Both the position numbers and the translations under genes were made by a program. From the NCBI GenBank assembly GCA_963787125.1, contig CAWBBV010000002.1:1-64000 (forward strand): 64,000 bases of DNA. Reading direction: 5' to 3'. Shown here piece after piece: positions 27,709 through 37,600 of this stretch (the first letter of the stretch is position 1; the number at the start of each line of letters is the position of its first letter). The notes below the pieces were generated by a model. The model was given only the letters and a program-made list of their open reading frames with translations, was not told the origin of the DNA and did not search any database. This stretch comes from an uncultured delta proteobacterium (GTDB lineage Bacteria > Desulfobacterota > Desulfuromonadia > Geobacterales > DSM-12255).

Positions 27709-29840
27709 AAAGTGAATTCAAGGATTCCATAGAAAAGGCTGTTAATAACGCCAACTTGACCGGCGCGCTGGGCAAATTTTCCGAAGTCTACAAGGTCAAT
27801 CGCGCCAAGGCGTATGAGGGGATAGACTTCGAGGCGCTCCGGACCGTCATTGCCGAGCGCAAAGGCTACGCTGCAGGACACCTGGAGCAGTTGGCAGCCC
27901 AATTTACCAGGAACGCCGAGGCACTTGGCGCCCGGGTTTTCCAGACCTGTGATCCGGAAAAGGTTAAGGAGTACATCCTCAAAGTTGCCCTGGACAACAA
28001 CGTCAAAACCATTGTTAAATCCAAGTCAATGGCCACAGAAGAGATCCATCTCAACAGCTATCTGGAAAAAGCCGGTATCTCAGTGGGAGAAACAGATCTT
28101 GGGGAGTGGATTATCCAGCTGGCAGGACAGACCCCGTCACACATGGTCATGCCTGCCATCCACATGACCAAGGAAGAGGTTTCCGAGCTCTTCAGCAAGG
28201 AGATTGATGAACGCCTGAGCACTGACATTCCGCAACTGGTTGAAGTCGCCCGCAAGGAGCTCCGCTCCAAGTTTCTGGCTGCCGACATGGGAATATCGGG
28301 AGGGAATCTGGCAGTAGCTGAAACCGGCAGCATCGTCCTTGTCACCAACGAGGGGAACGCCCGCATGGTCACTACGCTGCCGAAGATCCACATCGCCCTG
28401 ATCGGCATCGAAAAGTTTGTGGAGAAGTTCAGCGACGTTGCCCCTATTTTAAACGCCCTGCCTCGCAGTGCTACGGCTCAGCTCCTGACCAGCTACGTCT
28501 CCATAATCACCGGTCCGTCACCCAACACCGATGGCTCGACCAAAGAGCTGCACATAATTCTCATGGATAACCGCCGCAGCGAAATGGCAAACGATCCGAA
28601 ATTCAGGCAGGCACTGCAGTGCATTCGCTGCGGCTCGTGCCTCAATGTCTGCCCGGTCTTCCGTCTTGTGGGAGGCCATGTCTTCGGTAAAATCTACACC
28701 GGCGGCATCGGCACCATCCTCACTGCCTGGTTCGATGAGTTGAAGAAATCCGAGGAGATTCAGGGCCTCTGCATCCAGTGCGGCAACTGCAAGGAGGTCT
28801 GTCCCGGGAAGATCGATATCCCCGAACTGATCATGGAGATCCGGCGCAGGCTGGTGCAGAAGGACGGGCTGCCGCTCCTGCAAAAGGCGATCTACGGAGT
28901 GGTCAACAATCGCCGTCTCTTTCACGGCATGCTGCGGGCTGCCTCCATTGCCGGCAAGCCGTTCACCTCGGGCAAGTTCCTCCGCCACCTGCCGCTTTTC
29001 CTGGCAGATCTCACCGACGGTCGCAGTCTACCGGCAATTGCTGCGGAACCTTTCCGGGACCGTTTCAAAAAGATAGTACAGCCGCAGTGCTCAGAAAAAG
29101 CCGCGTTCTATGCCGGCTGCCTCATCGATTTTGCCTATCCTGAGATGGGCGAGGCGCTGGTCAAAATCCTCAACCGTGCCGGTGTCGAGGTGATTTTCCC
29201 TGAAGATCAGACCTGCTGCGGCGCACCGGCCCGTTATAGCGGCGCCTATGAAGTCGCAGCCAAAAATGCCGTTGACAACATTGACGCTCTCTTGAATGAG
29301 AAGGTGAACTATGTCATTTCGGCCTGTCCGACCTGCACGGTGGCGCTGGCCCATGAGTTCATCAGCACTTTTGAAAGCCTTGGTCAGAGCGAACACCTCC
29401 CCCGGGCAAAGGAGCTGGCAGGAAAAACGATCGACTTTTCCACCCTGGTAAAAAAACTGGTGGATGAAGGCCGCCTGTCGCTGAAGGAGGGACAGACCCT
29501 GGGCAAAATTACCTATCACGACTCCTGCCATCTAAAGAGAACTCTGCAGGTGGCGGCGGAGCCGCGGGAACTACTGACCAAAGCAGGCTATGAGCTGAGC
29601 GAGATGTTCGAATGTGACACCTGTTGCGGCATGGGCGGCTCCTACTCCATCAAATTGCCCGAAATATCTGCCCCGATTCTGCAGCGCAAACTGCAGAATA
29701 TCAAAAACAGCAATGCAAAAGTTGTCGCCATGGACTGCCCCGGCTGTGTCATGCAGATCAGGGGTGGCATGGATAAGGACGGCGCTGGTATCAGCGTTTG
29801 CCACACGGTGGAGCTGCTGGCTGCGCAGTTGAAGGATTGA
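27705..29840 (+). CDS. ldhH: L-lactate dehydrogenase large subunit (LutB-LutA-type fusion)
   Basis: KSKSMATEE, ETDLGEWI, CIRCGSCLNVCP, then two CCG domains. Confidence 0.85.
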   Translation: MKSEFKDSIEKAVNNANLTGALGKFSEVYKVNRAKAYEGIDFEALRTVIAERKGYAAGHLEQLAAQFTRNAEALGARVFQTCDPEKVKEYILKVALDNNVKTIVKSKSMATEEIHLNSYLEKAGISVGETDLGEWIIQLAGQTPSHMVMPAIHMTKEEVSELFSKEIDERLSTDIPQLVEVARKELRSKFLAADMGISGGNLAVAETGSIVLVTNEGNARMVTTLPKIHIALIGIEKFVEKFSDVAPILNALPRSATAQLLTSYVSIITGPSPNTDGSTKELHIILMDNRRSEMANDPKFRQALQCIRCGSCLNVCPVFRLVGGHVFGKIYTGGIGTILTAWFDELKKSEEIQGLCIQCGNCKEVCPGKIDIPELIMEIRRRLVQKDGLPLLQKAIYGVVNNRRLFHGMLRAASIAGKPFTSGKFLRHLPLFLADLTDGRSLPAIAAEPFRDRFKKIVQPQCSEKAAFYAGCLIDFAYPEMGEALVKILNRAGVEVIFPEDQTCCGAPARYSGAYEVAAKNAVDNIDALLNEKVNYVISACPTCTVALAHEFISTFESLGQSEHLPRAKELAGKTIDFSTLVKKLVDEGRLSLKEGQTLGKITYHDSCHLKRTLQVAAEPRELLTKAGYELSEMFECDTCCGMGGSYSIKLPEISAPILQRKLQNIKNSNAKVVAMDCPGCVMQIRGGMDKDGAGISVCHTVELLAAQLKD

Positions 29841-29910
29841 ACCCGCGACAGCAGCTGTATCCGAGCTGTCTTTAGTAGAACCATATTTCCGCTGAACAGA
29901 AAAGCAGATG

Positions 29911-29928
29911 TATATTGTTGACAATATA
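29911..29928. promoter_or_regulatory. Palindromic operator-like site overlapping a TTGACA upstream of hdrC
   Basis: TATATTGT-TG-ACAATATA. Confidence 0.45.
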
Positions 29929-30104
29929 TGTCGTGATATGGTATCGATTTTTTAGTTTCATTAAAAGAATAGATTAAAAGCGGTTAAATGTCCGCTGTAA
30001 TCGCAACAATAATTTACTCTCAATAAAAAAACTCTCCTCTTCTGAGATAAGAAATTGTCAGGGCTGTTATCTGCTTCTGACCGCGAAGAGGACAAGGAGT
30101 TGCA

Positions 30105-30689
30105 ATGAAAAACTCCAAAATGACACTTTCAGCAGAGACGATGAACATCGACTTTGTGAAGAAAGTGGAAAATCTGTCCGGCAGCTCGGTGCGGCGCTGT
30201 TTCCAGTGCGGCAAATGTTCCGCCGGCTGTCCCATGCGCTCGTTCATGGAGCACCCGCCCAACCGGATCGTCCGCCTCCTCCAGCTCGGCCAGTACGAGC
30301 GGGTTCTGGCCGGTCGCTCCATCTGGTACTGTGCCTCCTGCGAAACCTGCTCCACCCGCTGCCCCAACAAAGTTGATTTGGCCTCCATCATGGATGCCCT
30401 GCGCAAATGTTCCTGGGACGCCAACGGCGCTTCCAAGGAGTCGCTGGTGCAGCTGGCCAACCGGTTGTTTCTGGAGAACATCCGCACCTATGGCCGCCAG
30501 TACGAAATGCGCCTCGCTGCGGCCTTCAACCTCCACAGCGGCAAACTGTTGAAAGACTTCATGCTCGGACCGAAGCTGTTCTCCAAAGGGAAACTGAAGA
30601 TGTTCCACCAGAAGAACAAGAACCTTGGCGAGATAGAGAAGATATTCAGCAGAATTGAAGAGCTACGCAAAAAAGGTGAAGCCCCATGA
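30105..30689 (+). CDS. hdrC: Heterodisulfide reductase-like subunit C
   Basis: CFQCGKCSAGCP and CASCETCSTRCP. Confidence 0.9.
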   Translation: MKNSKMTLSAETMNIDFVKKVENLSGSSVRRCFQCGKCSAGCPMRSFMEHPPNRIVRLLQLGQYERVLAGRSIWYCASCETCSTRCPNKVDLASIMDALRKCSWDANGASKESLVQLANRLFLENIRTYGRQYEMRLAAAFNLHSGKLLKDFMLGPKLFSKGKLKMFHQKNKNLGEIEKIFSRIEELRKKGEAP

Positions 30690-31576
30690 GCCCGACCAAA
30701 AATGTACTCGAATACTCCTACTACCCCGGCTGCTCTCTCCATGCCTCTGCCAAAGAGTATGACGAGTCGACCCAGGGGCTGTTTAAAGCCTTGAAGATAG
30801 GGCTGAAAGAGGTGCCGGACTGGCTTTGCTGCGGCGCCACCCCGGCCCACAACGTTGACGAACTTTTGTCACTCTCTCTTTGCGCCAAGAACCTGGAGCT
30901 TTCCGAAAAAGTTGAAGGGGATCTGGCTGTCGCCTGTGCCGCCTGTTTCTCAAGGCTCAAGACCGCCCAGCACAAATTGGAAGGGAATCAGGAGAAGCGC
31001 CGCCAGGTTGAGTATGCCCTGGATGCCCCCCTGGCCATCGACAAACCGGTCAAGCACCTCCTGGAGATCCTGGCCAAGGACTTCGGCCTTGAACGGTTGG
31101 CAGAGTCGGTACAAAAACCCCTTGCCGGCCTCAAAGTCGCCTGCTACTACGGCTGCCTTCTCACCCGTCCGGCCGACGTCCCCCAGCTTGACTGCGCCGA
31201 AGCGCCGACCATCATGGAGCGGGTCATCACCGCTGTTGGCGCCGAGACGGTAAAATGGAGTCACCGCCTGGAGTGCTGCGGGGCCAACTTCACCCTCTCC
31301 CGCCCGGGCGTCGTCATCAATCTATCCGGCGAGATCCTCGCTTCGGCAGCGCGCGCCGGTGCCGACTGCATCATGGTCGCCTGCCCCCTGTGCCACGCCA
31401 ACCTGGATATCCGCCAGAAAGAGATCGAGGATACCAGCGGCGTGCGCTACAACATGCCGGTCCTCTACATGACCCAGCTCCTGGCCCTGGCTGCCGGTGT
31501 TAACCCGACCAAGCTCGGCTTTGACAGTATGATGGTTTCCCCTTTGCCGTTGTTGAAAGAGAAGGAGTTGCTGTAA
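30686..31576 (+). CDS. hdrB: Heterodisulfide reductase-like subunit B
   Basis: YYPGCS, two CCG motifs, YYGCLL, ACPLCH. Confidence 0.9.
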   Translation: MSPTKNVLEYSYYPGCSLHASAKEYDESTQGLFKALKIGLKEVPDWLCCGATPAHNVDELLSLSLCAKNLELSEKVEGDLAVACAACFSRLKTAQHKLEGNQEKRRQVEYALDAPLAIDKPVKHLLEILAKDFGLERLAESVQKPLAGLKVACYYGCLLTRPADVPQLDCAEAPTIMERVITAVGAETVKWSHRLECCGANFTLSRPGVVINLSGEILASAARAGADCIMVACPLCHANLDIRQKEIEDTSGVRYNMPVLYMTQLLALAAGVNPTKLGFDSMMVSPLPLLKEKELL

Positions 31577-33576
31577 ATGTCCAGAATAGGCGTTTTTGTC
31601 TGTCACTGCGGCGAGAATATCTCCCGCACCGTTGATGTTGAAAGAGTGGCACGGGCGGCGGAGAAGATCTCCGGAGTAGCTTATGCCTGCGACTACAAGT
31701 ACATGTGCTCCGACCCGGGGCAGAACCTCTTGAAAAAAGCGGTGACCGAGCACAACCTGGACGGCGTCGTCGTAGCCGCCTGCTCCCCCCGCATGCACGA
31801 AAAGACCTTCAGAAAGGCGGCCGATGCTGCGGGATTAAACCCGTATCTCTGCGAGATGGCCAACATCCGCGAGCACTGCTCCTGGGTCCACGAAGACAAG
31901 GAAGAGGCGACAGTCAAGGCGACCGAGATCGTCACCATGCTGGTCGAGCGGGTAAAGATGAACAAAAAGCTCCAGCCGATCACCGTTCCGGTCACCAAGC
32001 GAGCCCTGGTCATCGGCGGCGGCATTGCCGGCATCCAGGCAGCCCTGGATATTGCCGACTGCGGCCACCAGGTCGTACTGGTCGAGCGGGACCCCTCCAT
32101 CGGCGGCCATATGGCCCAGCTCTCCGAGACCTTCCCGACCCTGGACTGCTCCCAGTGCATCATGACCCCGAAGATGGTCGATGCGGCCAATCACCCCAAC
32201 ATCACCCTCCACACCTACTAGTGAAGTGGAGAATGTCGACGGCTATATCGGCAACTTCCAGGTGACCATCAAAAAGAAGGCCCGCTCGGTCGACATGGAC
32301 AAATGCACCGGCTGCGGCGTCTGCATGGCCAAATGCCCTCAGAAGAAAGATCCCCAACGCCTTTGACAAGAACCTCGGGATGCGTACGGCGATCTACGTC
32401 CCCTTCCCCCAGGCAGTCCCCAACACCCCGGTCATCGACCGGGAGAACTGCACCTACTTTAAGATCGGCAAGTGCGGCGTCTGCCAGAAGGTCTGCGGTC
32501 CCGGCGCAGTTGACTTCACCCAGGAAGACCAGCTGATCGTCGAGAACATCGGCGCCATCGTCGTTGCCACCGGCTTCGAGCTTTACTCCATCAGTGAAAA
32601 GCCGAAAGGCTCCCCCATCAAGGGCTACGGCGAATTCGGCCACGGCAAGATTCCCGACGTCATCGACGGCATGACCTTCGAGCGGCTCGCCTCAGCATCC
32701 GGCCCGACCGGTGGCAAGATCGTCCGCCCCTCCGACGGCAAGGAGCCGAAACAGATTGTCTTTGTCCAGTGCGTCGGCTCCAGAGCGCGAGAGAAAGGGA
32801 TCTCCTACTGCTCCAAGATCTGCTGCATGTACACCGCCAAACATACCATGCTCTACCACCACAAGGTCCACGACGGTCAGGCCTACGTCTTCTTCATGGA
32901 CGCCAGAACTCCGGGCAAGGGGTATGACGAATTCTGGCGCCGCTCCATCGAAGAAGAGAATGCCGTCTACATCCGCGGCGCCGTCTCCCGCCTTTACGAG
33001 AAAGGTGACAAGATCGTCGTCATGGGGAGTGATATCTCGCTGGGCATCCAGGTGGAGATCGAAGCCGACATGGTTGTCCTGGCTACCGCCGTTCAGCCCA
33101 GATCCGGAGCAGAACTCCTCGCCCAGAAGCTCGGCATCTCCTACGACGGCTACAACTTCTACTCCGAAGCCCACGCCAAGCTGCGGCCGGTTGAGTGCGC
33201 CACCGCCGGTGTCTATCTGGCCGGCGCCTGCCAGGGCCCCAAAGACATCCCCGACACGGTCAGCCAGGCATCAGCCGCCGCAGCCAAGGTGATGACCCTT
33301 TTCTCCAAGGATGAACTGCAGCGGGAGCCGATCGTGGCCAAGGTGCGCGAAGCCGGCTGTGTCGCCTGCTTCTACTGCAAGAAGGTCTGCCCCTACGGCG
33401 CAGTTGAAGAGAAAGAGATCCGTGATCGCCAGGGTAACCTTGTCAAGGTGGTCGCCTACGTCAACCCCGGCGTCTGCGGCGGCTGCGGCACCTGCCAGGC
33501 CACCTGCCCGTCCAAGTCGGTGGAGCTGGATGGTTATACGGATGAGCAGATTATTGCCCAGATAGAAGCTTTATAA
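31577..33576 (+). pseudogene. hdrA: Heterodisulfide reductase subunit A, split by two +1 frameshifts (real or sequencing error)
   Basis: RIGVFVCHCG, GGGIAG, TFPTLDCS, CSKICC; removing one T at ~32219 and one A at ~32347 restores a continuous frame. Confidence 0.88.
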
Positions 33577-33590
33577 ACAAGATCAAAGGC

Positions 33591-33704
33591 AATAGAACGC
33601 GGATCAAATCTGATTTAAGCGGATTTACACGGATTTTATAAAATCGAATTTTTTGTTATGTCATCTGCGAAAATCCGCTCAATCCGCGTCATCCGCGTTC
33701 TATT
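33591..33704 (+). repeat. Long palindromic intergenic repeat, copy 3
   Basis: AATAGAACGCGGAT ... ATCCGCGTTCTATT. Confidence 0.9.
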
Positions 33705-33716
33705 AAAAGGTTTATT

Positions 33717-34217
33717 ATGCATCCTGAAAAACAGAAACACGACTTCGAACCGAAAATCATCGCCTTTGTCTGCACCTGGTGCACCTACGCCGGGGCGGAT
33801 CTGGCCGGCACCAGCCGGATGCAGTATCCGAGCAATGTGCGGGTGCTGAAGTTCCCCTGTACCGGCAGGATTGATCCGGTCTTTATCCTCAAAGCCTTTC
33901 AGCAGGGGGCTGACGGCGTGCTGGTTTCCGGTTGCCACCCCGGCGACTGCCACTACATTGCCGGTAACTTCCATGCCAGACGCCGCTTTGCTACCTTCCG
34001 CAAGCTGCTGGAGTTTGTCGGCGTGGATCTGAACCGTCTCCAGTTCTCCTGGGTTTCGGCCGCCGAAGGGGGCAAATGGGTGGAGATGGTGACCGGTCTG
34101 ACCGAGCGGGTCAGGGACATGGGACCGATGGTGGAGTTCAAGGAACTGGCCATGGAAGAGCAGTGGTCAGGAGCTATCAATACAGCGGAGCTGCAAGAAG
34201 CTTACAAGCAGATATAA
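33717..34217 (+). CDS. mvhD: MvhD/FlxD-type [2Fe-2S] subunit
   Basis: FVCTWCTYAGAD, PCTGRID, GCHPGDCHY. Confidence 0.9.
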   Translation: MHPEKQKHDFEPKIIAFVCTWCTYAGADLAGTSRMQYPSNVRVLKFPCTGRIDPVFILKAFQQGADGVLVSGCHPGDCHYIAGNFHARRRFATFRKLLEFVGVDLNRLQFSWVSAAEGGKWVEMVTGLTERVRDMGPMVEFKELAMEEQWSGAINTAELQEAYKQI

Positions 34218-34221
34218 AGGC

Positions 34222-34347
34222 AATAGAACGCGGATCGGGCGGATTACCGCGGATCAGAGTCAAAAACAAAAGCCAAAAAGTTTAGGTTTAAAACCGATCT
34301 AAAAAATCCGCGCGAATCCGCTAAATCCGCGTCATCCGCGTTCCATT
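34222..34347 (+). repeat. Long palindromic intergenic repeat, copy 4
   Basis: AATAGAACGCGGAT ... ATCCGCGTTCCATT. Confidence 0.88.
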
Positions 34348-34367
34348 AAAGGTTTAAAGGTTTCTAC

Positions 34368-35288
34368 ATGACCAAAGCAATCGATACATCCATCTACACC
34401 GCCGTAAGCGCCGCTATCCGCAGCGAGGCAAAACGGATTCTCAACGAAGGGCTCGTCACTGCGGTGGTCGGCTATACCGCTGCCCGCCGCAAGGGCTCCG
34501 TCCAGCCGATCGTCATCACCAGCCCTGAAGATGCGGACAAGCTCCTCTTCAGCAAGGGTGCGGTCAACAATCTGGCGGTCTATCTGACCAAGGCAAAGAA
34601 AGAGATCCCCAAGACAGGCCGCATCGGTATTGTCGTCAAGGGGTGCGACTTGAAAGCCCTCGTCGGTCTGATGGGCGAATCCCAGCTGAAGCGGGAGAAT
34701 CTCTACCTGATCGGTGTCCCCTGCGCCGGGGTGCTCGGCTCTGTCATCCAGCCGGACAGTGAGCTGACCGCAGCGACTATCGCCCCCAAATGCCTGGAGT
34801 GCGATGCCCATCTGCCAAAGGGGTGCGACTTTGTCCCCCAGGGCGAGCCGGTAACTCCTGTTCTTGAGAAGCAGTACGCCGCCGAGATTGCCCGTCTGGA
34901 GTCGCTGACTCCGGCCGAGCGCTGGAGCTTCTGGAAAGAGCAGTTCTCCAAATGCATCAAGTGCTACGCCTGCCGCCAGGTCTGCCCGTTCTGCTTTTGC
35001 GAGCAGTGCCTCTGCGACCGCAACAAGCCGCAGATGGTGGAGACCACGCCAAGGCCTGCCGGCAATTTTGCCTGGCATGTGGTGCGGGCGATGCATCTGG
35101 CCGGCCGCTGCGCCGGCTGTGCCGAGTGCGAACGGGTCTGCCCGATGGATATTCCACTCAACCTCTTAAACCGCAAGATGGCCAAAGAGCTGAAAGAGCT
35201 CTATGACCATGAAGCCGGCTTTGAGGTGAATGACAAGGGGCCGCTGGCCATGTATAACGAGAAAGATGATCAGAGCTTTATAAAATAA
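34368..35288 (+). CDS. 4Fe-4S subunit of Flx-Hdr complex (FlxC/FdhB-like)
   Basis: CIKCYACRQVCP, HLAGRCAGCAECERVCP. Confidence 0.8.
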   Translation: MTKAIDTSIYTAVSAAIRSEAKRILNEGLVTAVVGYTAARRKGSVQPIVITSPEDADKLLFSKGAVNNLAVYLTKAKKEIPKTGRIGIVVKGCDLKALVGLMGESQLKRENLYLIGVPCAGVLGSVIQPDSELTAATIAPKCLECDAHLPKGCDFVPQGEPVTPVLEKQYAAEIARLESLTPAERWSFWKEQFSKCIKCYACRQVCPFCFCEQCLCDRNKPQMVETTPRPAGNFAWHVVRAMHLAGRCAGCAECERVCPMDIPLNLLNRKMAKELKELYDHEAGFEVNDKGPLAMYNEKDDQSFIK

Positions 35289-35291
35289 AAC

Positions 35292-35364
35292 AGGCTAAAG
35301 GTTGAAGGCTGGAGACTGAAGGAAAATCAAAACCTTCAGTCTTCAGTCTTCAGCCTATTAACCT
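35292..35364 (+). repeat. Heptamer-based intergenic hairpin
   Basis: AGGCTGGAGACTGAAGG ... CCTTCAGTCTTCAGTCTTCAGCCT (CTTCAGT units). Confidence 0.75.
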
Positions 35365-35374
35365 CGAGATCCAG

Positions 35375-36379
35375 ATGCAAAAATTTATCTCCGAAATTAA
35401 TTTCAACACCCTCATCGACCGGTTGATAGGCGCAGGCAAGCGGGTGGTCGCGCCGAAGCTGAATGCCGGGACGCTTCTTTATGAACCGCTTACAACTGCC
35501 GCCGAGATGGTCATGAATCAGTTGCCGCGCCGCTCGGGCAAGGAGGCGTTCTTTCCGCTCTGCGAAGATATTGTCTCTTACAAAAAAGAGGGGCAGAAGG
35601 TTACGCTGACGGATGTTGATCCGGCTAACTTCCCGGAGACGTTCCTGGTGGGGGTGCGGCCGTGCGATGCTGCGGCCATTCCGGTGCTGGATGCGGTCTT
35701 CTCCTGGGACTACAAGGATCAGTTCTTCTTAGAGCGGCGCAAGAAGACTACGGTGATCGGTCTGGCCTGTACAACGGCCGATGACGCCTGTTTCTGCACA
35801 GCTGTCGGCATTTCACCCGATGAAAGGCGTGGTTCGGATCTCTTTATGACTCAACTGGAGGGTGGCGGCTATCTCTGCGAGACCCATTCCGAAAAGGGTG
35901 AAGCTCTGCTGACTGACTATGCCGAGCTGTTTGCCGCGCCAAACAGCCAGCAGCCAGTGCCTTTGGCAAGGCCGGAAGTGGAGAAGGTTGACCTGCAGAA
36001 GGTGAAAGCCTGGCTGGAAAGCAATTTTGAAGATCCGGCCTGGGACTCCATCGCCACCCGCTGCGTCGGCTGCGGCGCCTGCGCCTTTGTCTGCCCGGCC
36101 TGCCACTGTTTCGATATAGTGGATGAAGGGACAGAGAAGGGTGGCAAGCGGCGCAAGAACTGGGATGCCTGCGGTTTCTGGAAGTTCACCCACCACGCTT
36201 CCGGACATAATCCCCGGGACGGCCAGCCGAAACGCTACCGCAACCGGATCATGCACAAGTTCAAGTATTACGATGACAAGTTCGGCCAGACCCTCTGCAC
36301 CGGCTGCGGCAGATGTATCAGGCTCTGCCCGGTGGGGATCGATATTGCGGCAATCGTTGAAGACATCAGCAAAAAATAA
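35375..36379 (+). CDS. 4Fe-4S subunit of Flx-Hdr complex (FlxB/AsrA-like)
   Basis: GVRPCD, CVGCGACAFVCPACHC, CTGCGRCIRLCP. Confidence 0.82.
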   Translation: MQKFISEINFNTLIDRLIGAGKRVVAPKLNAGTLLYEPLTTAAEMVMNQLPRRSGKEAFFPLCEDIVSYKKEGQKVTLTDVDPANFPETFLVGVRPCDAAAIPVLDAVFSWDYKDQFFLERRKKTTVIGLACTTADDACFCTAVGISPDERRGSDLFMTQLEGGGYLCETHSEKGEALLTDYAELFAAPNSQQPVPLARPEVEKVDLQKVKAWLESNFEDPAWDSIATRCVGCGACAFVCPACHCFDIVDEGTEKGGKRRKNWDACGFWKFTHHASGHNPRDGQPKRYRNRIMHKFKYYDDKFGQTLCTGCGRCIRLCPVGIDIAAIVEDISKK

Positions 36380-36386
36380 AGACGGG

Positions 36387-36504
36387 CAATAGAACACGGA
36401 TCAAATCTGATTCCAGCGGATTTACACGGATTAAACAATAAAAAAGTTCAAATCCGCGAAAATCCGCGAAAATCCGCTCAATCCGCGTTATCCGCGTTCT
36501 ATTG
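36387..36504 (+). repeat. Long palindromic intergenic repeat, copy 5
   Basis: CAATAGAACACGGAT ... ATCCGCGTTCTATTG. Confidence 0.88.
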
Positions 36505-36521
36505 AATTGGACTTAAAAATC

Positions 36522-37370
36522 ATGTGTGATAATAACAAAAACAACATTTATCTCCCCTACCTGGCAACAGTCGAGCAGGTCATCGACGAAACTCCGGATG
36601 TGCGGACACTACGGCTGGTGTTCCAGGATGAGGCGGTCCGGGAGAGTTTCACTTTCCGTTCCGGTCAGTTTGCCGAGTACTCGGCCTTCGGTGCCGGCGA
36701 GTCAACTTTCTGCATCGCTTCTTCGCCGACGAGAAAAGGGTATATCGAGTGCTGCTTCCGTTCAGTCGGCCGGGTGACGGAGTCGCTCAGGCGGCTGGAG
36801 GTCGGTGACAGCATCGGTGTGCGCGGGCCCTACGGCAATTCGTTTCCGATTGAGGATTTTTACGGCAAAAACCTGGTGTTTGTAGCAGGCGGTATCGCCC
36901 TCCCCCCGCTGCGCACCATGATCTGCAATGCTCTTGATCAGCGGGATAAGTTTGGTGACATCACTATTGTCTACGGTGCCCGGACTGAGAGCGATCTGGT
37001 CTACAAGCGGGAGATAAAGGAGTGGCAGGAGCGCAGCGATGTGCGCCTGGTGAAGACGGTCGATCCGGGGGGCAATGGTCCTGAATGGGATGGCCAGGTC
37101 GGTTTCGTGCCGACGATTCTGGGGGAAGCGGCGCCAAGTGCGGAGAACACCATTGCTCTGGTCTGCGGACCGCCGATCATGATCAAGTTCACTCTGCCGG
37201 TGCTGGAGAAACTCGGCTTCAGTGACGAGCAGGTTTACACTACGCTGGAGAACCGGATGAAGTGCGGCCTGGGGAAATGCGGCCGCTGCAATGTGGGCAA
37301 TATCTACGTCTGCAAGGACGGGCCGGTCTTTACCGCCGGGCAGGTCAAGGCTATGCCTCAGGAGTTCTAG
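36522..37370 (+). CDS. FAD/NAD-binding oxidoreductase subunit (FlxA/AsrB-like)
   Basis: RGPYGN, AGGIAL, CGPPIM, MKCGLGKCGRC...C. Confidence 0.88.
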   Translation: MCDNNKNNIYLPYLATVEQVIDETPDVRTLRLVFQDEAVRESFTFRSGQFAEYSAFGAGESTFCIASSPTRKGYIECCFRSVGRVTESLRRLEVGDSIGVRGPYGNSFPIEDFYGKNLVFVAGGIALPPLRTMICNALDQRDKFGDITIVYGARTESDLVYKREIKEWQERSDVRLVKTVDPGGNGPEWDGQVGFVPTILGEAAPSAENTIALVCGPPIMIKFTLPVLEKLGFSDEQVYTTLENRMKCGLGKCGRCNVGNIYVCKDGPVFTAGQVKAMPQEF

Positions 37371-37406
37371 AAAAGCCGTCATGACATTATATAGCAATCT
37401 TCAAGC

Positions 37407-37436
37407 AAAAAGCCCGGTCCTGACCGGGCTTTTTTT
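37407..37436 (+). terminator. Intrinsic terminator, probably bidirectional
   Basis: AAAAAGCCCGGTC-CT-GACCGGGCTTTTTTT. Confidence 0.85.
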
Positions 37437-37441
37437 GTTAC

Positions 37442-37561
37442 TCCGTTTCTAAATCAAAGATGAAATCAAGGCGGCGAGGATTGAGGCAACGAAGCAGTTC
37501 ATCAGTTCGCTGATGTGTCGAAGACGAGCCAACGAAGATAGCGCTTTGATTTAGAATCGGA
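37442..37561. repeat. MITE/REP-like element with terminal inverted repeats
   Basis: TCCGTTTCTAAATCAAAG ... CTTTGATTTAGAATCGGA (17/18 complementary). Confidence 0.65.
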
Positions 37562-37600
37562 AGTAGTTATTTCCCTGCTGCATTCATCTATCAAGCATCT

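Noticed and set aside
29841..30104. Riboswitch upstream of hdrC or in other leaders
   Set aside because: No cyclic-dinucleotide, cobalamin or other riboswitch consensus recognised by eye; an Rfam scan would settle it
32219..32224. TAG-TGA in hdrA as pyrrolysine/selenocysteine readthrough
   Set aside because: The HdrA sequence continues in a different frame, so this is an indel, not recoding
23132..36504. Repeats as a CRISPR array
   Set aside because: Copies are kilobases apart, separated by genes, with no spacer periodicity and no cas genes
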